Shown here piece by piece: positions 54,348 to 64,000 of a stretch of 64,000 bases of DNA. This DNA comes from Escherichia phage ph0011, in the sequence record OP557969.1; one strand, 5' to 3'. The notes below the pieces were generated by a model. That model made no database searches and was not told where the DNA came from. It was given only the letters and a program-made list of their open reading frames with translations. The number at the start of each line of letters is the position of its first letter. Within the stretch, counting starts at the first letter, position 1. The translations under genes and the position numbers were made by a program.

Positions 54348-55987
54348 TGAAACAACTACAAGAACTATATCAAAAAATTCTAGATGAAGGCGTGGAAAGT
54401 GTTGACCGTACTGGTGTTGGTACAACCAAACTTATCGGTCAACAAATGCGTTTCGACCTTAACGATGGTTTTCCAGCAGTGACGACAAAACGTCTAGCAT
54501 GGAAAACAATGGTTGCTGAACTTTTATTTTTTATTAAAGGTATTCCAGACCGTCGAGTGATGCAGGAATTTTTACATGGTGAATTTAATGAAGATAAGAA
54601 CGATATTTGGAAAGGTAATTGTGTTGATATGAAAAATAAAAATCCATTAAAATTTAATGGATACAATTTAGGTAATATGTACCCAGTTTACTGGAGACGA
54701 ATGTATAAACCTGTTCCTAAAACAGTTAAAGTTAAACGTAAAAAAGACTTTGATTTTGAATATATTGAAAAATATAAATCATTTTATGATGATGTAGAAA
54801 TTGAAAAACATCATAAATCGGGTCAAACATTCATTGATATTAGGGGAGATGAGTTAGAATATCTTGGATTCAATGGACAGTATGAAAATAAACGACATTA
54901 TTTGAAATATAAGAACACGGGAACTATAATCAAACTCAATACATCTGAAATTGATATTAAACATAATAAACTTAATAGTGGTGAAGATTATTATAAAAAA
55001 AATTCAGTCGGTGGATATTTGGGTGCACCACGTGAAGTTCTTTCAAATGATCCATTGAACTCAAAAGTACAGAGCCTATGGTATAATATGCTTTCTCGTG
55101 TAAACACCTCTCCCAACTATAATAATATTAGTGTTAGCCCAAGGTGGTATAATTATTATAACTTCCTAACTGACATTCGTACTATACCACTGTTTTTTGA
55201 ATGGTTGGATGATCCAACATATTATGAATTAGATAAAGATTATTTTGGTTCATCTGTTTATTCAAGAAATACATGTACATTTTTACCCAAACATATCAAT
55301 CAAAAATTAATAAGAAAACGCAATGACTGTGCATTGGAAGTTGATGGAATACTTTATTATTCATTTACATGTTTTTATAAATCAATTTATGGTGGGAAAA
55401 CACAACCAAAAGATCCATTTACTTTTTTAGAAAATAACGGTCATACTTATATTATTCACGAAGAGACAGATGAATATGTATACCGTCCACAATTGTTTAT
55501 TGATCAATTAGAAACTGTTATTGAAAATATTAAACATGTCACCTTGAATGAAAATCATCCGGCTGGACGTAGATTGATTATGGATTCTTGGAATCCATCA
55601 TGGGAGGACGATTCAGTTCTGGGAATATGTCACCCATTTGTTCAATTCTTTGTAGTGAATGGAAAGCTGTCATGTGAGTTTTATATGCGTTCATCTGACA
55701 CATTTCTTGGATTACCACTGAATATATCATCATATGCATTATTGACGCACATGATTGCACAAATTACAGGTCTAGAAGTAGGAGAGCTAATTTACACTGC
55801 TGGTGATTGTCACATTTATAAAAATCACATTGAACAAGTAAAAGAACAACTACAACGAAAACCACGTGCATTACCTGAATTATGGATTGATCCTACTATT
55901 ACTGATATTGAAGATTTCACAATGGATTCTTTTAAATTGATTAATTACGATCCAATGCCAACAATTAAAGCACCGATGGCTGTATAA
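54347..55987 (+). CDS. td: thymidylate synthase (ThyA/Td) with about 260-aa in-frame internal insertion
   Basis: N-terminal DRTGVGT ... GFPAVTTKRLAWK and C-terminal CHPFVQFFV ... FLGLPLNISSYALLTHMIA ... IKAPMAV match ThyA/T4 Td; 546 aa versus about 265-290 aa for ordinary ThyA. Confidence 0.88.
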   Translation: MKQLQELYQKILDEGVESVDRTGVGTTKLIGQQMRFDLNDGFPAVTTKRLAWKTMVAELLFFIKGIPDRRVMQEFLHGEFNEDKNDIWKGNCVDMKNKNPLKFNGYNLGNMYPVYWRRMYKPVPKTVKVKRKKDFDFEYIEKYKSFYDDVEIEKHHKSGQTFIDIRGDELEYLGFNGQYENKRHYLKYKNTGTIIKLNTSEIDIKHNKLNSGEDYYKKNSVGGYLGAPREVLSNDPLNSKVQSLWYNMLSRVNTSPNYNNISVSPRWYNYYNFLTDIRTIPLFFEWLDDPTYYELDKDYFGSSVYSRNTCTFLPKHINQKLIRKRNDCALEVDGILYYSFTCFYKSIYGGKTQPKDPFTFLENNGHTYIIHEETDEYVYRPQLFIDQLETVIENIKHVTLNENHPAGRRLIMDSWNPSWEDDSVLGICHPFVQFFVVNGKLSCEFYMRSSDTFLGLPLNISSYALLTHMIAQITGLEVGELIYTAGDCHIYKNHIEQVKEQLQRKPRALPELWIDPTITDIEDFTMDSFKLINYDPMPTIKAPMAV

Positions 55988-55990
55988 ACG

Positions 55991-56020
55991 AAAAGGGAGA
56001 ACATATGTTCTCCCTTTTTT
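55991..56020. terminator. bidirectional intrinsic terminator at the convergence point
   Basis: aaaa-gggagaaca-ta-tgttctccc-tttttt: perfect palindromic stem flanked by A-run and T-run. Confidence 0.8.
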
Positions 56021-56021
56021 A

Positions 56022-58313
56022 TTATCTAATTGTTACCAATGTTCTTCCGTCGAAACGTACATCAGGAGTTGAAGGTATACTAAACACCACGTTAGTGCCG
56101 TTAAACGTCACGCTATCGACCTCAACACGAGTATATACACCAGGGCTAATCTGTTCCTGTATCTCTGCTGTAACGATGTTTGAGGCTGTTACTGTAAGGG
56201 TGTATGAATCACCACTTAATACCCATGATGAAATAGTAAATGCGTCTGTCCTAACTGAACCTGAACCAATAGGAACCCATTGCCCTTTTACCTTTTGCAT
56301 AGAGGTTCGTTCGGATGTAGAGTATGCAATCATACCATCGACACCCACTGAGTTATCAATGCTTGCTAGTACTGGCAACTGAATACCATATCTATTAAAA
56401 CGTGTACGGATAGTTCCATTATCATAGATACTTACATCAGCATAATTACCCATAGAAAGTTTCAAATCCGCTCCATCCAATGTCATTGAACTTTGATTTG
56501 TATTACTTTCTAGTGTGAGTACACCGTTAGCTAATAAATTGATATTTTTAAATTTATTACTATTTCCTTTAAAAGTTGTATTAGCATTAAAAGTACTTGC
56601 ACCGTTAACTACAATAGTATTTTCTGCTGTGTCGCCTAATATGGTATTACCATTCAAAGTGGTTTCACCATCTACTACAATATTGGATTCGAAAGTACTA
56701 TTACCATTTACTACAAGATTGGATTTAAAAGTTCCATCACCATCTACGTCTACAGTAGAATGGAAAGTACTCTTACCATTAACCACAATAGTATTTTCTG
56801 CGGTATCACCCAATATGGTATTACTATGAACAGTCAAATTACCACTGGTGGTAACATTACTAGCTAGTGTATCACCATTCAATGTACTTGTTCCATCTAC
56901 TACAATATTGGATTTGAAAGTACTTTTACCATTAACCACAATAGTATTTTCTGGGGTTTCACCCAATGTTGTATTACCATGAACATTCAAATTACCACTA
57001 GCAGTAATATTACTAGCTAATGTATCACCAACCAATGTACTAGTACCATCTACTACAATATTACCATGAAAAGCACTTTCACCATTTTTGAATTCAACTT
57101 GTTCTTTATTCATTGAACTAAATGAAATGATATTACTACTTGCACTTATTCCAACATTAGTATTAGTTGGATTATCGAATCTCAGAACTGGCGTTGACGC
57201 AGGTGATGATGTTGATTGATATAATGTCAATGTCGAATTGGTAATTCTAATACGTTCAGTTCCAGAAGTACTGAATCCAATAGCATCATCAGCAGGATGA
57301 AAAATACCAGTATTCGTGTCTGACCATTTTTCAGGGTCATTACCTGGGTTGCTTACTGGGTCGTATGGGCTATTGTTAAATGCAATTGCTGGTGCGGTAG
57401 CACTACCATAGGTCACACCAAATCTACCACCTCCTACTGTACCATCGTCGTACATGGAATCACCAGTCCTACGTAAGCATTCAATTACAACGTTGTCGAT
57501 TGATGTTTGAACGGTTCCTGCATTCGTTCTAAATGGACGATTATTTGCAATCATGATAGTATTATCATATAATACTGAAGCTGCTGAAATACTAGTTCTT
57601 GATTGACGAAGGCGAATGTTTTTATCTTCAGTGATAATGATCCAATCACCATCTGATAGTGCTGTTTGGTTCATTGGTACACCGGATGCAAACGGTTTAG
57701 TTAAATCTTCATCAGTTGCTAAGTTTACTAGCCCACTATGACCAGTACTGGGAATGGCGGTAGATACAATTCTCGCAAAAGCATATGTTACGAGTTTAGC
57801 ACCAGAAATATTTGGATTAGAATCAACATAATATAAAATTTCTACCCAATCACCCTGACCAGTTGGGTTAGTTGGAGTGAATGTCACTGTACTTGTTGTT
57901 GGTTTATTAGCTTCAAAGTGTGCTTGTGCTGCATCTATAATACCACGTACAACATAATAATCACCACTAAGTGATGCTGTAGGTGCAGGTAGTGGACTTT
58001 GTGCCAAAGGTGGGTCTATATCATCAGGGATTGGATTATACGTACCAACAAATTGTAAACCACTAGTTACTGAATCTGGTAACTGTGATGTAAGAAGTTT
58101 GCCGTTAGCATCTAAGTTTGCAAAACGTCTATATGCCATCGAGCCATCTTCAAAATCCAGAACACCCTCGAATGATTTCCATTCTTTATTGTATCTAATC
58201 ATCCCTGATCTTATTACGTCAGCGGTTTCTTTTGATGGTGCTTTTGGTAACTCTAAAAAAGATTTACTATCAATAATTACACCACCATCACCTCTAATTC
58301 GATTTATACTCAT
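56022..58313 (-). CDS. putative tail fibre / tailspike-like protein with tandem ~37-aa beta-rich repeats
   Basis: 763 aa; repeats NTIVVNGKSTF.SNIVVDGTSTL.GDTLASN.T.SGNL.VH.NT.LGDTAENTIVVNG; GAGGA SD before ATG at 58313. Confidence 0.55.
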   Translation of the reverse strand: MSINRIRGDGGVIIDSKSFLELPKAPSKETADVIRSGMIRYNKEWKSFEGVLDFEDGSMAYRRFANLDANGKLLTSQLPDSVTSGLQFVGTYNPIPDDIDPPLAQSPLPAPTASLSGDYYVVRGIIDAAQAHFEANKPTTSTVTFTPTNPTGQGDWVEILYYVDSNPNISGAKLVTYAFARIVSTAIPSTGHSGLVNLATDEDLTKPFASGVPMNQTALSDGDWIIITEDKNIRLRQSRTSISAASVLYDNTIMIANNRPFRTNAGTVQTSIDNVVIECLRRTGDSMYDDGTVGGGRFGVTYGSATAPAIAFNNSPYDPVSNPGNDPEKWSDTNTGIFHPADDAIGFSTSGTERIRITNSTLTLYQSTSSPASTPVLRFDNPTNTNVGISASSNIISFSSMNKEQVEFKNGESAFHGNIVVDGTSTLVGDTLASNITASGNLNVHGNTTLGETPENTIVVNGKSTFKSNIVVDGTSTLNGDTLASNVTTSGNLTVHSNTILGDTAENTIVVNGKSTFHSTVDVDGDGTFKSNLVVNGNSTFESNIVVDGETTLNGNTILGDTAENTIVVNGASTFNANTTFKGNSNKFKNINLLANGVLTLESNTNQSSMTLDGADLKLSMGNYADVSIYDNGTIRTRFNRYGIQLPVLASIDNSVGVDGMIAYSTSERTSMQKVKGQWVPIGSGSVRTDAFTISSWVLSGDSYTLTVTASNIVTAEIQEQISPGVYTRVEVDSVTFNGTNVVFSIPSTPDVRFDGRTLVTIR
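56560..57060 (-). repeat. tandem in-frame nucleotide repeats (about 111-nt units) inside fibre gene
   Basis: recurring blocks accacaatagtattttctg ... atggtattac visible on + strand text. Confidence 0.55.
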
Positions 58314-58361
58314 TTAAATATTTCCTCAGAATAGATTATATATGATGTATTTATTTTAGAT

Positions 58362-58393
58362 AAAAGAAAAGGCCAAGTATAGACCTGGCCTTT
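58362..58393 (-). terminator. intrinsic terminator (- strand) after 58400..59179 gene
   Basis: aaaggcca/tggccttt stem; T-rich tail on - strand. Confidence 0.55.
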
Positions 58394-58399
58394 AAAAAA

Positions 58400-59179
58400 T
58401 TATTTATTACGTTCAGGTATCTGAATACCTTCATATACCCATTTAGCAGCTTGTTGTGCTTTATAAATTGCATCTGGGTCAGAATCATCAACTGCATCAA
58501 TCGCTGCACATTGCTCTTCACATTCAGAAAATAGTTTTTCTACCATTGCGGATACTTCAGTATATAGTTGTGTCATTTCTTCTGAGGTAAGTTTTACAAT
58601 AGCATCATCCAGTATGATAGTGACATTTTCAGCACCCGACACTACTTGTGTATAATAATTAAGTAGCATTTGACGACCTGCAAGATCGGTATTGTAGCGA
58701 TGACCTTTGAATTCATAACCTGAATTAACACGAAATGCTCTCTCAGATAATGTTCTTTCTTTTAAATCTGTTTTTACATCAGCAATGGGTACATCAACAA
58801 AATTATAAGTTTTAAGTACTGTTAATGCTTTATATTCATCAGTTGCATCTTCCAAAAATTCCACCACTGGTTGCTTTTCATCTTTCAAACGAACATATTC
58901 CAATTGTTGGCCTTTTGAATTCACATTACCGACATTTTTATATTCTAACCACCAAAAACCTTCTTCTTTTCTCACTACATCATTCGGCTCTACTGGTGAA
59001 CCATCAACACTGGAAATTCCGTACAGAGTTCTAATATCACTATAAAGATAACGATAAGTCTGAGTATCATCGGGAGTTGCACCTGGACGTTCTTTAAGAC
59101 CTTTAACACCAATTGGATTAGTAATAATATTACCCAATTCATAATTTTCTTTTGAATCACCTTTCACATATGTGAACAT
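58400..59179 (-). CDS. hypothetical protein between two fibre genes (possible fibre assembly/accessory protein)
   Basis: 259-codon ORF; GAGGTAG SD; position between fibre genes. Confidence 0.5.
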   Translation of the reverse strand: MFTYVKGDSKENYELGNIITNPIGVKGLKERPGATPDDTQTYRYLYSDIRTLYGISSVDGSPVEPNDVVRKEEGFWWLEYKNVGNVNSKGQQLEYVRLKDEKQPVVEFLEDATDEYKALTVLKTYNFVDVPIADVKTDLKERTLSERAFRVNSGYEFKGHRYNTDLAGRQMLLNYYTQVVSGAENVTIILDDAIVKLTSEEMTQLYTEVSAMVEKLFSECEEQCAAIDAVDDSDPDAIYKAQQAAKWVYEGIQIPERNK

Positions 59180-59241
59180 ATAACTACCTCATTTGTTATG
59201 ATGGTGTCACCAAGTATAGGTGACACCTTTTATTATAATTA

Positions 59242-62200
59242 TTAAGCGGTACGTTGAGCAATAAACATATCTGCTACTGAACTTACACCATCGTAAATTA
59301 CCTGATAGATAGTTACAGAGTTTGCAGTTTTATTTAGAGTCCCATCAACAACAGCATATGTACCATCAGTAGTAAAGTTTCTATTACCAGTTGCATCTTG
59401 TTTAACATAAATGTATACTGATGATGCTTTTCCACCACCGATTAGACCAGTGATTGGTGCTAGAGTAGTATCTTGATCAAGAGTGATGAAGTATACGTTG
59501 CTAGTACCGTCAGGGGTCCAAGTACCATTCGGTGCAATAACAGAGGAAGTTACTTTACTTGGAATAACATCATACTTTTTGGTAGTTACGGTTGTAGTGG
59601 CGAGTTCTGCGTTGGTTGTAGTTAACTTACCAGTAACAGTTACTTCTTTATCAAACACCGCATTTTCTTTGAAAGTTGGTGTTGAATTAACAGTTAGTGT
59701 GTCAGTATTAGTATTACCTAAAACCACACTACCACTTGCTGTCATCAAACCAGAAACAGTTAGTGTACCACCAATAGTTGCATTACCAGTTACTGATGCA
59801 CTAGCAAGTGTAGCTGCACCAGATGTAGTTATTGTTGTAACAGATGCTGCCTCTAGTGTGGTTGCACCAGTTGCGGTAAGTTTACCATCAACTACTAGAT
59901 CACCAGTTACGGATGCACCACCGGACATTGTTACTGCCCCACCGAATGAACCAGTTGTAATTACTTCAAGTGTGTTACCTTTTAGTAATTCAGTTGCTGT
60001 GATACTTGTACCAGCGGTAATGCTTGTACCCGCAGAAACAGTATTAGTTGCAGTTAAGGACTTCACAGCTACATCAGAGTTAGCTTGGTTAAGTTTAGCA
60101 TTTAGAGTACCTGTTACTGTGAAGTCACCGTTGTTAACAACATTACCATTGATAGTTAGATTGTTATTTTGTGAACCGACATCACCAATTGTTGCTGATT
60201 TAGAAATTAACTCAGCACCAGCGGTAATGTTGCCAGCAGCACTGATATTGTTTGCTGCAACAACTGCATAAGGTTCAATTGTTTGACCACTAACATCAAT
60301 ATCTGCGTTAATACCACCATCAACACGCAAAGAACCAGCAATATATGTATTAGGGAAAATCTGAACAGTTTCAGTGTGTTCACCGACCTGTGTACCAACA
60401 ATAACATTAGATCCAGTTTTCACTGCACCAGAAGTTGTTAGAGAACCTACTGTTGCTTTGCCAGTAACACCTAGTGTACCGCCAACAGTTGCATTATTAG
60501 TTACTGCCAATGCTGTTCCTTCACCATTCAGTGTAATTGATGGAGCAGTTGCTTTACCAGTTACATCTAGTGTACCACCAACAGTTGCATTACCATCTGA
60601 ATGTATTGTTGTTGCAACAGAAAGACTGTTTGCAATTACATCCGCACCAGTCAAATCCAATGCACCTGGTGTTAATGTACCAGTAATGTTAACATTATTA
60701 CCAAAGGTTGCTGCACCAGTTACATCTAGTGTAGTGCTAAATGTACCAGAAGTTGCAGAGATTGCACCAGATTCAAGTGAACCAACAGTGGTTTTTCCAG
60801 TTACACCCAGTGTACCACCAACTGTTCCATTTGTTGTAACTTCTAGTGTTCCAGTACTTAGATCTTTTGCTGTCACTTTACCAGATGCGTTAACAGTTGT
60901 TGTTGTAACACCACCACTTAGGGTGCTTGTCCCAGTAACACTGAGTGTTTTTGCTGCACTAACGCTGTTTACAGTAAGATCAGCACCTGATAGGTCTAAA
61001 CCACCTTCAGGAATAAAATTACCCTTAACTGTTAGTTGTTGAACAGTACTGTCACCAGTTACATCTAGTGTAGAAGCAGTCAAACCACCATTCATACTTG
61101 CTGCACCAGTAACATCTAGTGTAGTTGTTACAGTTGCACTGTTTAGTGTGGAGCTACCGGAAATATTAGCACTAGGTGCAGTAATAGATCCTTTTACAAC
61201 TTGTACATCACCCGCAACAACATCAATACCACCAGCATTAACTGTTAGTTTTTCAGCAGTATTCAACGTACTTGAAATTGTTGTTGCACCAGTTAAGGTT
61301 GTAGTTCCAGCTACACTTATGTTTCCAGAGATAGATGGATTACCTGTAATGTCACCAGTAGTGAGAACCAATTCAGTACCTACAGTAGTAGAACCAGTAC
61401 TTTCTAGTGTTACACCAACGATGTTTGCAGAACTTAGGTTAATAGTACCATCAACAGTTAAGTTACCGTGAACGGTCGCATCACCAAGTGAATTTAATGT
61501 TTTCACTGAAACATCAGTTTTACTAAGGTCAATTACACCCGCAGTAAGTGTTCCAGATACTGCCAAATTACCAGTTATTGCTGTATTTTTAGTAATAGAT
61601 ACTGTTTCTGATGCTGACGTAATGGAGCCAGCAGTAAGTGCCCCACCAATGGTTGCATTGTTAGTTACGGTTAACGCTGTTTCTTCACCAGATAGTGTTA
61701 AAGAAATACCATTCATTTCACCAGTAATATTTGCCGATGCCGCAGAAATATCACCAGCAACTACCGCATTTGTTGCGTTTAGGGTTGTTGTGGTAATTTC
61801 AGTACTTTTCACTTTAGGTAGTGCGTTGATACCATCTTTACTATTAACTGTAATAATACCAGAACTTGTTAGAGATTTAACAGAAACATCTGCACCACTT
61901 AAGTTAACTGTACCAGAAACAACTAGATCGCCACCAATATTAGCTCCTTCTGTTGTAGTGATTGATTTTGCATTAACTTCAGTGTTACTCAAATCAATTG
62001 CACCAGGTGATACAGTTCCAGAAACTGTGAGATTACCAGTAACTGTAGTATCATTAGAAATAGATACGCCATCATCATTGCTAATTGTTGGGGTTTCAAT
62101 TGTAACAGCTTTAACTTTACCAGAAGAAGTCATGTCAGCAACAGTAGATGCACCAGTGACCTTTAGATTAGTAATATTTGCAGTAGTTGAGCCAAGTGTA

Positions 62201-64000
62201 GTAATCGTACCATCAGTACTTTCTAGTTTAGGAAGAACACTAGCAATAGAAGATTCGTTACTAACAATTGCACCAGTACTAGTTAAAGATTTGACAGTAA
62301 CATCAGCCGTAGTAAGATCTACTGTACCATTAACAGTTAGGTTACCACCAATAGTTGCACCAGCAGTAGTAGTAATGGATTTAGCATTAACATCAGTTGT
62401 TGCTAGATCGATAGAACCTGGAATAACTGCACCAGTAACGGTTAGGTCACCAGTTACATTTGTATTATTGGAAATAGTGACACCACTTGCATTTGAAATG
62501 GTTGGGGTAACCAACGATGCAGTTGTAGTTTCACCAGTTACAGTTAAAGTTGACCCAACTAGAACAGATGAGCTTGAGTAAATTGTACCCAAATTAGCAG
62601 ATCCGGTAACAGTTATATCATCAGCATTAACAGTAGTTGTCGTTATGGTAGTACTATTAAGTACTGGAAGTACGTTAGCATTAACAAGATCATTACTTTT
62701 AACAATACCAGAAGTAGTTAATGATTTAACATTAAGGTTGGCTGCTGATAAATCAAAAGAGCCTTGAACTACTAAATCACCACCAATAGTTGCACCAGCA
62801 GTAGTAGTGATTGATTTAGCATTAATATCGGTAGTGCTCAAGTCTAGAGAACCAACAGTTAAGCTACCAGTAATATCAACATTTTCGGTGAAGTTAGTAT
62901 CACCACTAATAGTTGGTGCAGTAAGATTTGTTGCACTAATATTAGTACCGTTAATTGTTTGCCCACTTACAGTTCCACTCGCAGTGATAGTAGGAGCCGT
63001 TACTTCAGTAGATGCACTAATTGTTGGTGCAGATACAGAAGTTGTACCAGTAATAGTACCAGAACTTACTGAACCAGCGGATAATGCACCAGAAAGAGTT
63101 GCAGTTGTACCAGCAATATCACCAGTAACAGTTAGTTTAGCACCCACGGTAGTGTTACCAGTACTTTCAAGTGTTGCACCTTTAATATTTGCTGCCGCGA
63201 CAACAGAATTAGGTGTTAGATCTTGACCACTAACATCAACAGTTAGTCCAGTTACTGTTCCAGTAAATTCAACATCATTAAGAATTGCCTTACCACCAAC
63301 TGTAAGGTATGGTGTACTTGGGTCTTGAGTATCGTTACCAGTGATAGTTAGATAATCTAGTTTGTTTAGGCCGTTACCAGTAATACCATAAGAAGATAGT
63401 GATGCATTACCAAAGGTAGCAGTTTTAAGTACTTTCAATGTTGCTGGGGAAACCAACTCAGATTGAACTTCATTAGGTAAAATAACGGTTGGACGTTTAT
63501 CTTGTGCGGTATACGCAAAACCTAGTTTCACAGCAGAATCTTGTGAATTTTGACCTAAACTAATAGCTTTAAAAGAAGCAGTACCGTTTAAACCAGTAAT
63601 ATTAGATCCTAGTGTAACACCACCAACTAAAGAAGACGCACCCTTTATATTTAAAGTGTTTGCATCAATATCATCAAGTTGGAAATCACCACCAAATGTA
63701 CCGGAAACATTAATATTATTAAAATTAGCAGTACCAGTACTTTCAATATCTGGAATGGTTGCTGTTCCAGTAACCTCAAAATCAGCAACTTTAGTTTTAC
63801 CTTTTGTCACTTCTAGAAGTGGGGTGTCAGGTGATTGTGTATCGTTACCAGAAACGGTTAGATAATCTAGTTTGTTTAGACCATTACCAGTAATACCATA
63901 AGAAGACAATGATGCATTACCAAAAGTAGCAGAAGTTAAAACTGTCAATTTAGCAGGTGACATTAATTCAGATTGAATTTCATTTTGTAGAATTACTGTT
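59242..64000 (-). CDS. giant repetitive fibre/adhesin-like protein, 5'-partial (N-terminus beyond window end)
   Basis: more than 1580 codons, T/G/S/V-rich; frame stays open past 63963 with residues matching an internal repeat (NEVQSELVSPATLKVL...). Confidence 0.6.
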   Translation of the reverse strand, partial: TVILQNEIQSELMSPAKLTVLTSATFGNASLSSYGITGNGLNKLDYLTVSGNDTQSPDTPLLEVTKGKTKVADFEVTGTATIPDIESTGTANFNNINVSGTFGGDFQLDDIDANTLNIKGASSLVGGVTLGSNITGLNGTASFKAISLGQNSQDSAVKLGFAYTAQDKRPTVILPNEVQSELVSPATLKVLKTATFGNASLSSYGITGNGLNKLDYLTITGNDTQDPSTPYLTVGGKAILNDVEFTGTVTGLTVDVSGQDLTPNSVVAAANIKGATLESTGNTTVGAKLTVTGDIAGTTATLSGALSAGSVSSGTITGTTSVSAPTISASTEVTAPTITASGTVSGQTINGTNISATNLTAPTISGDTNFTENVDITGSLTVGSLDLSTTDINAKSITTTAGATIGGDLVVQGSFDLSAANLNVKSLTTSGIVKSNDLVNANVLPVLNSTTITTTTVNADDITVTGSANLGTIYSSSSVLVGSTLTVTGETTTASLVTPTISNASGVTISNNTNVTGDLTVTGAVIPGSIDLATTDVNAKSITTTAGATIGGNLTVNGTVDLTTADVTVKSLTSTGAIVSNESSIASVLPKLESTDGTITTLGSTTANITNLKVTGASTVADMTSSGKVKAVTIETPTISNDDGVSISNDTTVTGNLTVSGTVSPGAIDLSNTEVNAKSITTTEGANIGGDLVVSGTVNLSGADVSVKSLTSSGIITVNSKDGINALPKVKSTEITTTTLNATNAVVAGDISAASANITGEMNGISLTLSGEETALTVTNNATIGGALTAGSITSASETVSITKNTAITGNLAVSGTLTAGVIDLSKTDVSVKTLNSLGDATVHGNLTVDGTINLSSANIVGVTLESTGSTTVGTELVLTTGDITGNPSISGNISVAGTTTLTGATTISSTLNTAEKLTVNAGGIDVVAGDVQVVKGSITAPSANISGSSTLNSATVTTTLDVTGAASMNGGLTASTLDVTGDSTVQQLTVKGNFIPEGGLDLSGADLTVNSVSAAKTLSVTGTSTLSGGVTTTTVNASGKVTAKDLSTGTLEVTTNGTVGGTLGVTGKTTVGSLESGAISATSGTFSTTLDVTGAATFGNNVNITGTLTPGALDLTGADVIANSLSVATTIHSDGNATVGGTLDVTGKATAPSITLNGEGTALAVTNNATVGGTLGVTGKATVGSLTTSGAVKTGSNVIVGTQVGEHTETVQIFPNTYIAGSLRVDGGINADIDVSGQTIEPYAVVAANNISAAGNITAGAELISKSATIGDVGSQNNNLTINGNVVNNGDFTVTGTLNAKLNQANSDVAVKSLTATNTVSAGTSITAGTSITATELLKGNTLEVITTGSFGGAVTMSGGASVTGDLVVDGKLTATGATTLEAASVTTITTSGAATLASASVTGNATIGGTLTVSGLMTASGSVVLGNTNTDTLTVNSTPTFKENAVFDKEVTVTGKLTTTNAELATTTVTTKKYDVIPSKVTSSVIAPNGTWTPDGTSNVYFITLDQDTTLAPITGLIGGGKASSVYIYVKQDATGNRNFTTDGTYAVVDGTLNKTANSVTIYQVIYDGVSSVADMFIAQRTA
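63329..63990 (-). repeat. two ~150-nt near-identical direct repeats about 510 nt apart inside giant fibre gene
   Basis: gtatcgttaccag ... gttagataatctagtttgtttag ... ttaccagtaataccataagaaga ... tgatgcattaccaaa at about 63329 and about 63839. Confidence 0.7.

Noticed and set aside
54707-55498. Canonical intein in td
   Set aside because: The insert does not start with Cys/Ser at the junction and does not end in His-Asn followed by Cys/Ser/Thr, so classical intein chemistry is not supported; kept as a domain insertion or mobile-element remnant.
56005-56829. + strand ORFs 56005..56382 and 56515..56829
   Set aside because: They lie entirely inside the 763-codon - strand fibre gene and downstream of the bidirectional terminator; antisense artefacts.
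59483-63226. Several + strand ORFs of 107-319 codons (59483, 60374, 61148, 61622, 62807) inside the giant - strand gene
   Set aside because: They are mirror-frame artefacts of a repetitive, compositionally biased gene; they are P/V/T/A-rich and low-complexity, lack starts with SD, and the - strand frame is continuous for more than 1580 codons.

Overview
This window reads as a low-GC, densely packed stretch of a T4-related myovirus genome; that assignment is my inference from gene content recalled from memory, not from any database search. Nearly all genes run on the + strand with short gaps, ATGA/TAATG stop-start overlaps and hairpin+T-run terminators, until a bidirectional terminator at about 55.99 kb, after which three large genes run on the - strand. 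Recognisable genes include anaerobic ribonucleotide reductase NrdD with activase NrdG, a GrcA-like glycyl-radical 'spare part' protein, thymidine kinase, thymidylate synthase carrying a ~260-aa in-frame insertion, a T4-lysozyme-family hydrolase with TM and LysM, a spanin-like pair, a CCA-adding enzyme, Nudix, glutaredoxin, macro domain, dNMP kinase, tail sheath, two gp19-like tail tube paralogues, and a MoxR-type ATPase with VWA partner. Less expected calls are a ribosome hibernation factor homologue, an ACP-like protein, a Pol-beta nucleotidyltransferase, a Dps-like protein and several tandem paralogue families. I found no tRNA, rRNA or CRISPR array. The strongest candidates for something undescribed are the td insertion (54707..55498), a GC-richer ORF-free region (20260..20782), and a three-gene cassette bracketed by ~110-nt direct repeats (29404..30643). 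Gene starts were adjusted by hand where the ORF track began at an unlikely TTG/GTG; all functional calls rest on motif recognition and carry that uncertainty.
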